A stretch of DNA of 64,000 nt from Kiritimatiellia bacterium (GTDB lineage: Bacteria; Verrucomicrobiota; Kiritimatiellia; JAAZAB01): NCBI GenBank assembly GCA_050944835.1, contig JBMNRV010000006.1, positions 30,999 to 94,998 of the forward strand. The letters run 5' to 3'. The translations under genes were made by a program, and so were the position numbers. The first letter of the stretch is position 1, and each line of letters starts with the position of its first letter. The notes under the pieces were generated by a model. That model saw nothing but the letters and a program-made list of their open reading frames with translations, made no database searches and was not told where the DNA came from. Below are positions 26,545-35,062 of the stretch, in pieces.

Positions 26545-27267
26545 CTATCCCTTTGTGTCTTGTGCATCTTTGTGGCTAATTTCATCCTCCGGCGCAATTA
26601 CCAACACAAATTCACCTTTCAGACGCCGCCCCGCAAAATGCTCCGCAAAGTGCGCCAGCAGCTCCTCCGGCGTCCCCCAGCGGCACTCCTCGTTCAGCTT
26701 AGTCAATTCACGCGCCGCGCATATCTGCCGCAACGGCATCAACTCCCGCAACTCTTCCAGCAGCGCCGCCAAGCGATAAGGCGACTCATATAACACCACC
26801 GGCAAACCCGTTGCCGACAGGACCTCCAAACGGCGGCGGCGCGCACCGGCCTTACGCGGCAAAAACCCTTCCATAGCATATCCGCCACCGCCGTATCCGC
26901 TCAACGCCAACGCCGTAGTCACGGCGGATGGGCCAGGTATTACCGTCAAATAAATGCCGGCTTCCCGACAGGCACGCGCCAAGCGCGCACCAGGATCGGA
27001 AACTCCCGGCATCCCCGCATTGGTCACCAAGGCGCAAATCTTCCCGGCTTGCACCTGGCTAATCACGAAATGGGCGCGTGAACTCTCATTAAATCTGTGG
27101 CAACTGACCAAGCGGCTGCGAATCTGGTAGTGAGTCAACAAATGCCGTGTATGCCTGGTATCCTCGGCGAGGACATAATCCGCGCCACGCAACGTATCCA
27201 ACGCCCGCATACTGATGTCACCCAGATTACCGATCGGCGTGCCGACAATATACAAACCCGGCTGCAT
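26545..27267 (-). CDS. rsmI: 16S rRNA (cytidine1402-2'-O)-methyltransferase RsmI; the last 11 codons are encoded by a dispersed repeat
   Basis: The 240 aa ORF has tetrapyrrole-methylase-fold motifs (LYIVGTPIGNLGDIS, YVLAEDTRHTRHLL, ALVTNAGMPGVSDPG). Its C-terminus ISHKDAQDTKG* is encoded by a TTAGCCACAAAGATGCACAAG repeat copy at 26545-26590. Confidence 0.85.
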   Translation of the reverse strand: MQPGLYIVGTPIGNLGDISMRALDTLRGADYVLAEDTRHTRHLLTHYQIRSRLVSCHRFNESSRAHFVISQVQAGKICALVTNAGMPGVSDPGARLARACREAGIYLTVIPGPSAVTTALALSGYGGGGYAMEGFLPRKAGARRRRLEVLSATGLPVVLYESPYRLAALLEELRELMPLRQICAARELTKLNEECRWGTPEELLAHFAEHFAGRRLKGEFVLVIAPEDEISHKDAQDTKG

Positions 27268-27396
27268 CGCCGGCCCCCTTTATTTCACTGCCACGCGCCC
27301 TATGCGCTGACCATGCAGAGTAGGAAATATACCCTTTACAGCACGGTTTGACAATATGTTTTTTGGTGGTGGTGACATGACGCTTTACGGCTATTC

Positions 27397-27575
27397 CTCG
27401 CGTCTTGGCGCGTTTATGGCGCGTTTTGATGCGTTTATGACGCGTTTGGCTCGTTTATGGCGCGTTTATGGCTCGTTTATGGCGCGTTTGGCGCGTTTAT
27501 GACGCGATTGTGGCTCGTTTATGGCGCGTTTATGGCGCGTTTGGCGCGTTTATGGCGCGTTTTCAAGTGGGTGGT
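27397..27575. repeat. About 15-18 degenerate copies of a 12 nt tandem unit (GGCGCGTTTATG) immediately upstream of rsmI
   Basis: Visible tandem periodicity with variants (GGCTCGTTTATG, GGCGCGTTTGGC, ACGCGTTTATGA). It lies between the stop of the 27563-28225 gene and the rsmI start at 27267. Confidence 0.85.
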
Positions 27576-28225
27576 GGCAGGACAAAATGGCTGTCACGGC
27601 CTGCGCCTTTGCGGATAATCAGCCCCTCATTGGCAATGTCTGCCAGGATACGGCTGGCGGTTCTCGTGGAAATGTTGAATTGTTGCATGACGTCGCTGCG
27701 ATTGATCCGGCCATGGGTCTGCAAGTGTGTCAGGACAAATTCCCGGTATTCTGCGGCTACAGATTTGGCCTTATCATCGCTGCGCTTTGCCCGTGCTTGA
27801 TGGATATGTTTGGATGCCTTGGTGCCGAAAAAGATGCCGATGACTTCCAGCGTGATACTGCCAATTTCCTCTGGCATTTTATAATTGGGGTTGAACGTGT
27901 GGATGATAAAAAAGATCAGATAGAGCAGCGCCCAGAGATAAACAAAAACCGAGCCTTTGCGGGGCGGTTCCGGACGCCCAACCCAGCGCCGGATTTCCTT
28001 ATCGGCGGCGTATGCCACCAGCAAGGCGATATATATCGGGGTGATGGAGTGGTGAACGTCCAGTTTGTCGCCCAGCCAGAAATCTGCAACCATGAGGGCC
28101 AGGCATGCGGATGTGTAGATACCCAGAAGCGGCGCCAAAATGGACATTTCGTTAAATCGGCGTTGCCTGGGCTCTGGCTGTGCTGAGGTATCAGAATCTT
28201 GCGTTGACGTTGTCATAGTTTTCAC
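27563..28225 (-). CDS. Membrane-anchored winged-helix DNA-binding protein (hypothetical)
   Basis: The 220 aa ORF has a TM region in its N-terminal half (LAPLLGIYTSACLALMVADFWL...LLYLIFFIIHTF) and a C-terminal HTH-like segment (INRSDVMQQFNISTRTASRILADIANEGLIIRKG). Confidence 0.45.
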   Translation of the reverse strand: MKTMTTSTQDSDTSAQPEPRQRRFNEMSILAPLLGIYTSACLALMVADFWLGDKLDVHHSITPIYIALLVAYAADKEIRRWVGRPEPPRKGSVFVYLWALLYLIFFIIHTFNPNYKMPEEIGSITLEVIGIFFGTKASKHIHQARAKRSDDKAKSVAAEYREFVLTHLQTHGRINRSDVMQQFNISTRTASRILADIANEGLIIRKGAGRDSHFVLPPPT

Positions 28226-28541
28226 CTTTCCGGGAAAATACCATGTTGGAGCGCGTATGTCCAGACCAGTTTTTCAGGCAATGAGCGGGGAAGATTAACC
28301 GCCAAGACGCCAGGAAAACCAGGAAAGAAACAGACGAAGAATGAAACCGCAGATTGCGCAGATGGACGCAGATGACCGGAGGAGGGAGAGGGTGGAATGC
28401 GACATACAAGCTCGTGCGGTTTCGCACCTTCCGTCCCTGTTGTCCCTTCCGTCCCTGTTGTGTCCCTGTTGTCCCTTCCGTCCCTGCTGTCCCTTTCAGG
28501 GCAACGCCCTGGATTCCCCCACCCAGGCGTCTCCTTTGCGG

Positions 28542-28886
28542 TTAATCATCCCCTTGGTTTTTTATGGGATGATAGCGAATAGAAATCGCTGATAATCCCG
28601 CGAGTACCCAGAGAGCAACGGCAACAGACGATGCAATTCGCCATTGAATACAGTCGTGTTGAATTTCCAAAATAACAGCCCCAATGCAAAGAGCCGTCAT
28701 AATGACCCAGAGCACACCGCCACCGCTTTTGCCCGGGAAATCCGTGACTAACCATGCAAGCGGTCCGAGAAACATTTTCCACCACGGGAGAGAAACAATC
28801 CCTTTATAATTATTTATAAGACCGATAATTAGTAAAACATCTATGAATAAGAAGGCAACGCACAGATAGATAAGTATAAATCGCAT
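28542..28886 (-). CDS. Small 3-4 TM membrane protein, paralog copy A, inside the left direct repeat of the R-M island
   Basis: This 114 aa ORF is ~75% identical to the ORF at 33317-33631; both share MRFILIYLCVAFLFIDVLLIIGLINNY.GIVSLPWWKMFLGPL.WLVTDF. The first ~45 codons and the upstream leader are near-identical at the DNA level. Confidence 0.5.
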   Translation of the reverse strand: MRFILIYLCVAFLFIDVLLIIGLINNYKGIVSLPWWKMFLGPLAWLVTDFPGKSGGGVLWVIMTALCIGAVILEIQHDCIQWRIASSVAVALWVLAGLSAISIRYHPIKNQGDD

Positions 28887-28962
28887 TGTTTGCTCCTAAT
28901 GTTATAGAAACCGCCGCCAGTCGCACTCGCATTTTTTGGGAAAGTCCACTATTCACTTCCTG

Positions 28963-29226
28963 CTAATCAGTCCAATACTCACAGATCTTTTCGGAAACAA
29001 ACCCTTTTGAATCGCTCTTCAGGCATCGTAACCAATAGTTCCTGTCTGGCAGGCCCTTAGTGTATCTCCATAATTCCCCTTCCCCGGCGCCTATTACTTG
29101 TCGCTCGATAGGCGGGCCAAGAATACGCTCCGCTTCTTCTGCGGTCATCCCTTGCCCCACAGACTGAAATGCTCGCTCCGTATATTGATCGGAAAATGCT
29201 GTAGTGTCCTCCATCCAGAAGGTCAA
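28963..29226 (-). CDS. Hypothetical small protein on the island
   Basis: The 87 aa ORF has no homology signal. It lies in the island's low-GC interior, and its coding status is uncertain. Confidence 0.25.
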   Translation of the reverse strand: MTFWMEDTTAFSDQYTERAFQSVGQGMTAEEAERILGPPIERQVIGAGEGELWRYTKGLPDRNYWLRCLKSDSKGFVSEKICEYWTD

Positions 29227-29302
29227 GAAGAGAGCGATGTCGCCAATAGAATGGAACCGATTGCATGGTTCTCCCGTCTTTCCCCATTAGTAGCGCGAGG
29301 GA

Positions 29303-29695
29303 TCAATCAACTTGCGTCATAAACTCAAACAAAACCCATAACTTGAAGACGAGGAAACCGACAACCGGAATGAGTACTATTACACGGAACAGCCCATCGC
29401 CATTCCGGATGATCAAGAGAGTCACTATGGCAAGGATCAGGATAAACCCCAAAAGGGTTAACACCGTCGCAATGATATCGCTCGCGCGACACGAAAACAC
29501 CACGGCACCGGCTTCTGCAAGAATGAGCATCAGAACAAGGAGGGCGATCATTCTTCGATATGGGGAGATCAACATCGGGCGACCTCCCGCTCTTAAACAA
29601 GTTGCCGCTCTTTTCAGCGAGGTGGTAACCGTAAGCTCCTGGCAATAACAGCCTAACGCTGACCCAATGCGCAAAGCCGGCCACATTGCCATCAT
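29303..29695 (-). CDS. Hypothetical membrane protein on the island
   Basis: The 130 aa ORF has two strongly hydrophobic helices (IALLVLMLILAEAGAVVF; VLTLLGFILILAIVTLLII). The call rests on the ORF and hydropathy only. Confidence 0.3.
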   Translation of the reverse strand: MMAMWPALRIGSALGCYCQELTVTTSLKRAATCLRAGGRPMLISPYRRMIALLVLMLILAEAGAVVFSCRASDIIATVLTLLGFILILAIVTLLIIRNGDGLFRVIVLIPVVGFLVFKLWVLFEFMTQVD

Positions 29696-30698
29696 TTGTC
29701 ATAATAGTCTCCCAAAATTGTGAGCTTTCTCAGTGCGTCACTATCGCGCCAAACGCATAATCAGCATAATTTATACCCGCTGACTGTCTAAACGTCAAAT
29801 CTGTTATTGGTTACTAAAAACTACGGCAGTTGGCAAGGTGCGGGGCCGCACGGGCAAACAAAGAGGAACCACGGATGAACACTGATGGTCTCACGGATGG
29901 AGGAGGGCGAGATAAACCGCCAAGACGCCAAGGTGGGGAAGAGGAGAATTAACCGCAGATTAGTGTGCCAGATGGGACTCAGAGGAGGAGAGGTCTCACA
30001 CGGAGACGCGGAGAACACGGAGAGGAAAACCGCAGGTGCGAGCCGCACCGGCGAGCGGAGACGGTGGCGCGGCGTGTGCGTAAGCAGATGCCGTGTACAG
30101 AATCGGGGGAATAGTCTGCCAACAAGCTAATCGGAGATGACCATTGGGACAGATGCCTGTATCTCCTTGAGGTATGGAATCAGCAATTCGTATGCAAGGC
30201 CATGCCATTTCTCAACATGGGCCTCGCGAAGCCGGTTGTAACGGATACCTGAAACTATTTTTTATTCCACATTTTTTATTCCACACTTGACATTCCATCC
30301 CGTATTTCTCACACTGCCAACCATACAAACACTTGTTTATACTGACGCCGGTGGATGTATGTGTCTGCATCGGTTGAAAAGCGATTTCTTATCTGTTTCC
30401 TTTTGAACAGTCGGAAGCGACCTTTTAATGCAAACGAATCGGGAAAGTGTTGACCCACCGTTTGCCTGTATCTATCCTTATGCCAGATGTTGGTTCCAGA
30501 CCACACAAGTATGACTTTGGGAGTTAGAGTGGATAAAGACTGTTGGCGTTCACAGAGCGCAATGGGAGAGCTAATGCGATGAACATGTCACACTTATACA
30601 ACGCGCTCCGGCGCATGGGATTTGGGGCGAACTTTGCGCTGACGCGAAGTGCGTTTGGCGACGGAGTTTGATACTCAGAAGAGAGAGAAAGAAATAGA

Positions 30699-31351
30699 AT
30701 GAAGTCGCAGCTGACAGTCGAATTACTTGTCAAAGAGGCGAAGGACTTTGCCCGGTGCGAATCGCGGCACCGTGAACGTAGTCTATTCGGTGTGACAGAT
30801 GGCAAGGCCGTCGGCACCTACTTAGAGCACAAGTTCCAAGACCGTCTTCAAAAGGAGTACTCGTACGTCAAGGGATCGTCGGCCAAGGGGATCGACTTCC
30901 CGAAGCTCGGGTTGATATCAAGGTCACGAACATTAGACAACCTCAATCGTCATGTCCGTTCAAGTCTGCCCGCCAGAAGGTTTATGGACTGGGATACTCC
31001 CTGCTTGTGTTCGTTTACACCAAGAAGGACGACAGGAAGAGTCGCACCGCCACCCTCGACATCAACCATGTTGTTTTTGTGGAAGCCAGCCGGACAGCTG
31101 ACTTTCAGACCACCACAGGAATCCTCAAGATTCTTGACAACTCAGGGAATGTTGACGACATCGTCGCCTTCATGACGGAACGGTTTCTGCCCCTTGACGA
31201 CATTCAAGCTCGGCAATTGGCAGAGGAGATTCTGAAGAAGCGACCAGAGGTCGGATACCTTACCATTTCCAACGCACTGCAGTGGAGGCTTCAGTATAGT
31301 CGAGTGATTGAACAAGCGGGCAAGGTAACAGGTATCAACAAGGTTATCTGA
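30699..31351 (+). pseudogene. Type II restriction endonuclease (PD-(D/E)XK fold), disrupted by a frameshift near 30905-30912
   Basis: Two consecutive ORFs in different frames (30699..31175 and 31007..31351) together make one ~217 aa protein. Frame 0 reads ...SSAKGIDFPKLG and frame +2 continues VDIKVTNIRQ...VYGLGYSLLVFVYTKKDD.... Joined, this gives the GIDF(x8)VDIK nuclease motif. The frame change falls at a GGG run (ctcgggttgata). The gene sits immediately upstream of the methyltransferase, and its stop overlaps that gene's start. Confidence 0.55.
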
Positions 31352-32913
31352 TGAACGATACGCACAAAGCCGAATTCGGCGATTTTCAGACGCCGCTCGA
31401 CCTTGCGAGGGAGATTAGTGAGTTCCTTCGTGTTACCGGTAAGACCGCAGATGTAATTGTGGAACCGACTTGCGGTAAAGGTAGTTTCATCTACGCCGCC
31501 ATCGCCGCCTTCCCTAATGCAAAGGCGATCTACGGTTTTGACATCAATCCCGCATATATCCGCGACGCCGAGCAAGCGCTCGGATGTAATGTGATGAGGA
31601 AAGTCCATTTGGAATGCCGGAATTTTTTCCATGTGGAATGGGAAGAGTTTTTCGTGGACAAGAGGGGGCGCGTCCTTGTGATTGGCAATCCTCCATGGGT
31701 CACAAACTCGGCTCTTGGGGCGCTCGGAAGTAGCAATCTTCCTGAGAAAACGAATTTCCAAGGACACAGTGGCTTTGCCGCCAAAACCGGCAAGGCCAAC
31801 TTCGACATTTCCGAGTGGATGTTGATTCGGCTATTAGAAGCCCTGCACCGCCGTGCAGGTTGTATGGCTATGCTCTGTAAAACCGCTACGGCACGAAAGT
31901 TGTTGCGGCATGCCTGGGTCAACTGTCTGAACATCGGACGCACGTCCCTTCATCTGATTGATGCGCAGAAGCACTTTCAGGCGTCGGTTGACGCCTGTCT
32001 ACTCATTGTGCATACGGGTATTGTGGAGTACGCCACTACCGCCTCAGTCTATCCGGGGCTGTCGTTTGACAAACGAATGACGACCTTTGGCCTGGTTGGG
32101 AATGAGCTTGTGGCTGATGTAGACGAGTACCTACAATTACGCGATATAGACGGTATTCCCTACTATACATGGCGGTCGGGCGTAAAGCACGACGCGGCGG
32201 GTGTCATGGAGTTTAAGCAGGATAACGGATGTTTTATCAACGGACGGGGTGAGAAATGCCAATTGGAGGCCACGTACCTGTTTCCTCTCTTGAAGTCGTC
32301 GGACGTTGCCAACGGACGGACAACGCCAAACCGCTACGTCCTTGTTACGCAACGGAATCCGTCGGATGACACGGATACGATTCAGAAGAGAGCCCCTAAG
32401 ACATGGGCTTACCTGACGGCACACGCGAACACGCTCGATAAAAGAGGTAGTATCATCTACAAGAAGCGTCCACGGTTTTCCGTTTTTGGTGTAGGCGACT
32501 ACACATTTGCTCCTTGGAAGGTCGCTGTATCCGGCCTGTATAAGAACTGTCGGTTTGAGGTCATAGGGCAAAAAGACGGGAAGCCGATCGTGTTGGACGA
32601 CACCTGCTACTTCATTCCATGTTCGTCGGAGGAAGAGGCGAGCTTCCTATGTGAACTTCTGAATTCAGACGTTTGCCAGCGGTTCCTCAGATCGCTTGTC
32701 TTTTTCGACGCCAAGCGGCCTGTCACGATTGATGTTTTAAACCGCATCAACCTGAAGAAGGTGGCGGAGCATGTGAACAGGAAATCGGAGGCATGCGGAG
32801 TTCTGATGACAGGGACAGAATTTGAGGACAGGCAGCTCTTATTGGTATTCGAGAAAGGGGCAGAGTGTCAAACCAAGGGGGCCAGCGCCTGTCGTGTTTC
32901 GCGCCGTCGCTGA
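31351..32913 (+). CDS. Gamma-class N6-adenine-specific DNA methyltransferase (type II R-M modification subunit)
   Basis: The 520 aa ORF has AdoMet motif I (VIVEPTCGKGSFIYAA) about 80 residues before catalytic motif IV (VIGNPPW). This motif order is that of the gamma class of N6A methyltransferases. A large C-terminal region is consistent with a target-recognition domain. Confidence 0.8.
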   Translation: MNDTHKAEFGDFQTPLDLAREISEFLRVTGKTADVIVEPTCGKGSFIYAAIAAFPNAKAIYGFDINPAYIRDAEQALGCNVMRKVHLECRNFFHVEWEEFFVDKRGRVLVIGNPPWVTNSALGALGSSNLPEKTNFQGHSGFAAKTGKANFDISEWMLIRLLEALHRRAGCMAMLCKTATARKLLRHAWVNCLNIGRTSLHLIDAQKHFQASVDACLLIVHTGIVEYATTASVYPGLSFDKRMTTFGLVGNELVADVDEYLQLRDIDGIPYYTWRSGVKHDAAGVMEFKQDNGCFINGRGEKCQLEATYLFPLLKSSDVANGRTTPNRYVLVTQRNPSDDTDTIQKRAPKTWAYLTAHANTLDKRGSIIYKKRPRFSVFGVGDYTFAPWKVAVSGLYKNCRFEVIGQKDGKPIVLDDTCYFIPCSSEEEASFLCELLNSDVCQRFLRSLVFFDAKRPVTIDVLNRINLKKVAEHVNRKSEACGVLMTGTEFEDRQLLLVFEKGAECQTKGASACRVSRRR

Positions 32914-33316
32914 CTTCTGGAATTGTGTTGGATTGGTTGTAAGCGTCCAGTCCGGTCGAGCACTCCAACGGCTCTCCCTGCACAAATTCCTCATGCACAG
33001 GTTTAAGGCTCACGAGGCTGCCACCTCCCTCTCCATACGCAGCAAATACTATCGCCTTGAGCAAAACCACCGCGCCCAAAACAACTATACACGAATGTAT
33101 TTTCACCGTGGGTAAATTCCTTCCATCAAGGCAATGACAAAGTATCATGTTCTTGCGTTGATCCCGAGGGCGTTGCGGTTAAGCCCTATCCCTTTGTGCA
33201 TTGCATTTTTGTGGCTAATTTCTTTCCGTCTCAGCGTCTGTGTGACACCTCTGCCATCCTCTTCCCTCACCTTGGCGCCTTGGCGGTTAATCATCCCCTT
33301 GGTTTCCTATGGGATG

Positions 33317-33631
33317 CTACCGATAGAAAATCGCTGATAAACCAAAGAGAACCCAGTAAACAACAGCAACAGCCGATACAATTCGCCATAGAATGCAGTC
33401 GCGTCGAATTTCCAAGATAACAGCCCCAATGCAAAGAGCCGTATCAAGGATACGAGTCACATCTCTACCGATATCATCATAGAAATCCGTGACTAACCAT
33501 GAAAGCGGCCCGAGAAACATTTTCCACCACGGGAGAGAAACAATCCCTTGATAATTGTTTATGAGACCGATAATTAGTAAAACATCTATGAATAAGAAGG
33601 CAACGCACAGATAGATAAGTATAAATCGCAT
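33317..33631 (-). CDS. Small membrane protein, paralog copy B, inside the right direct repeat
   Basis: This 104 aa ORF is the paralog of 28542-28886. The C-terminal third diverges and the protein is shorter. Confidence 0.5.
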   Translation of the reverse strand: MRFILIYLCVAFLFIDVLLIIGLINNYQGIVSLPWWKMFLGPLSWLVTDFYDDIGRDVTRILDTALCIGAVILEIRRDCILWRIVSAVAVVYWVLFGLSAIFYR

Positions 33632-33718
33632 TGTTTGCTCCTAATGTTATAGAAACCGCCGCCAGACGCATCACCGTGCATAATCATACCGGCTGGCGGT
33701 CGCAATGCTTCGCTACGC

Positions 33719-34015
33719 CTATTGCTCACCAAGAGCATGTTTCGCTTTCTTCGTTCCGCTCTTGTTTAAAATCGTCCTGAGTTTCTTCGCTTCTATGGCG
33801 GACCAAATCAGGCCACATTCCGCGCATGCTGTAAAACGACTTCCGGGAAGCTTCACATCAGCCTCGGTTATCACGGTGAAACGAATATCTCGCGGGCGAA
33901 AGTAGAGAGGGGGGCCAAATCCAAGCCAGTTGAACACCTTCCCGCTAAACACCTTCGGACTTCGACAGTTTGGGCAACATGTATCTTCAGTCATTAGCGT
34001 ACCTTGGCGATTCAT
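33719..34015 (-). CDS. Small zinc-ribbon protein (hypothetical)
   Basis: The 98 aa ORF has two CxxC pairs (CCPNCRS ... CAECG) spaced like a four-Cys zinc ribbon. Confidence 0.35.
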   Translation of the reverse strand: MNRQGTLMTEDTCCPNCRSPKVFSGKVFNWLGFGPPLYFRPRDIRFTVITEADVKLPGSRFTACAECGLIWSAIEAKKLRTILNKSGTKKAKHALGEQ

Positions 34016-34027
34016 CCTTCCCCCCCT

Positions 34028-34981
34028 TCAACCCAAAGCCGAACGCGCGGCGGCGCGTCCGGCAGCTATAATATCTTCCGCCCGATGAAAATCCATAAAG
34101 CTCACATCATCCACTTGCGGACGAATCAGCAAATCCGGCGGATCCACACGCATCCGGGTTTCCGTGATCTGCGCTTCCATAATCCGGATAGAATTGCCCA
34201 AAACATCGAAAATGCCGGGCCCAGCCGATGCCTGAAACCGGCGCCCTACCCGTCCCAATGGGTTCCCTGACTTCAGTTGCTGCCGGATTTTTTTAATCAT
34301 GGCCTTCATGGATTCATCGGGTTCCGGCGGCGGGGACGTCGCAGGCGGTGACGCGGGAGGCTTTGCAACCACTGGAGCGGTATGATGCGGAAAATGGGTC
34401 ACATCCACTGCCACCACATAATCCGCGCCCATATCCCGCGCCACACTCACCGGTACGGGATTAACCAGCCCGCCATCCACTAAAATCATCCCCCCGCGCC
34501 GCACAGGTGTAAACATGCCGGGTATAGCAATGCTGGCGCGCACGGCCGTAACAACTTCGCCTGACGCAAAAACATGTTCACGGCCAGTCAATATATCCGT
34601 TGCTACAGCCCGAAACGGTACGGCAAGGTTTTCTATGCGTTCAAACTTAATTTGAGACCGGACAAATTCCTCGATCTTCCCGCCGTCTATTAGTCCGGAA
34701 CGCGAAAAATTGATGTCAAGGAAATAGTAGATTATCTGCCGCCAGTCCAATTGACGCGCTACTTCGCCTAACGACTTCAGACGCCCGGCGGCAAAAACCG
34801 CACCCACCAACGCCCCAATACTCGTGCCAGCCACAAACCCGATTTCATAGCCAGCAGCCTGTAATTCCTCAATTACACCAATATGCGCCCAACCACGAGC
34901 CGCGCCACTACCCAATGCCAAACCTATCCGGCGCGGACGACGTTTCCGCCATAATTTGCGCATATGTCCCTCCATTGACAT
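34028..34981 (-). CDS. Patatin-like phospholipase (RssA family)
   Basis: The 317 aa ORF has a GxGxxG oxyanion motif (LGSGAARGWAHIGV), a GxSxG nucleophile motif (AGTSIGA) and a catalytic DGG (ILVDGGLVNPVP). Confidence 0.85.
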   Translation of the reverse strand: MSMEGHMRKLWRKRRPRRIGLALGSGAARGWAHIGVIEELQAAGYEIGFVAGTSIGALVGAVFAAGRLKSLGEVARQLDWRQIIYYFLDINFSRSGLIDGGKIEEFVRSQIKFERIENLAVPFRAVATDILTGREHVFASGEVVTAVRASIAIPGMFTPVRRGGMILVDGGLVNPVPVSVARDMGADYVVAVDVTHFPHHTAPVVAKPPASPPATSPPPEPDESMKAMIKKIRQQLKSGNPLGRVGRRFQASAGPGIFDVLGNSIRIMEAQITETRMRVDPPDLLIRPQVDDVSFMDFHRAEDIIAAGRAAARSALG

Positions 34982-35062
34982 TTCACCCTTTATGCAATAT
35001 ATTGCCCACTCTTATTTCAATCAAGGTGAAAACATGGGCACGGGGAGAAGATATCGCATTTT

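Larger units (their letters stand above)
28922..33282. mobile_element. ~4.4 kb low-GC restriction-modification island bracketed by ~380 bp direct repeats (28540-28921 and 33283-33664)
   Basis: The flanks are near-identical for ~180 bp at the far end (28740-28921 vs 33480-33664) and ~60 bp at the near end, with a diverged middle. The interior is visibly AT-richer (e.g. 30130-30700) than the surrounding chromosome. The cargo is the endonuclease pseudogene, the methyltransferase and two small membrane-protein ORFs. No integrase or transposase gene is present. Confidence 0.5.

Noticed and set aside
30560-30652. 30-codon ORF (MNMSHLYNALRRMGFGANFALTRSAFGDGV) just upstream of the restriction endonuclease as a possible R-M controller (C) protein
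   Set aside because: It is too short for the ~80 aa HTH C-protein family and has no helix-turn-helix pattern.
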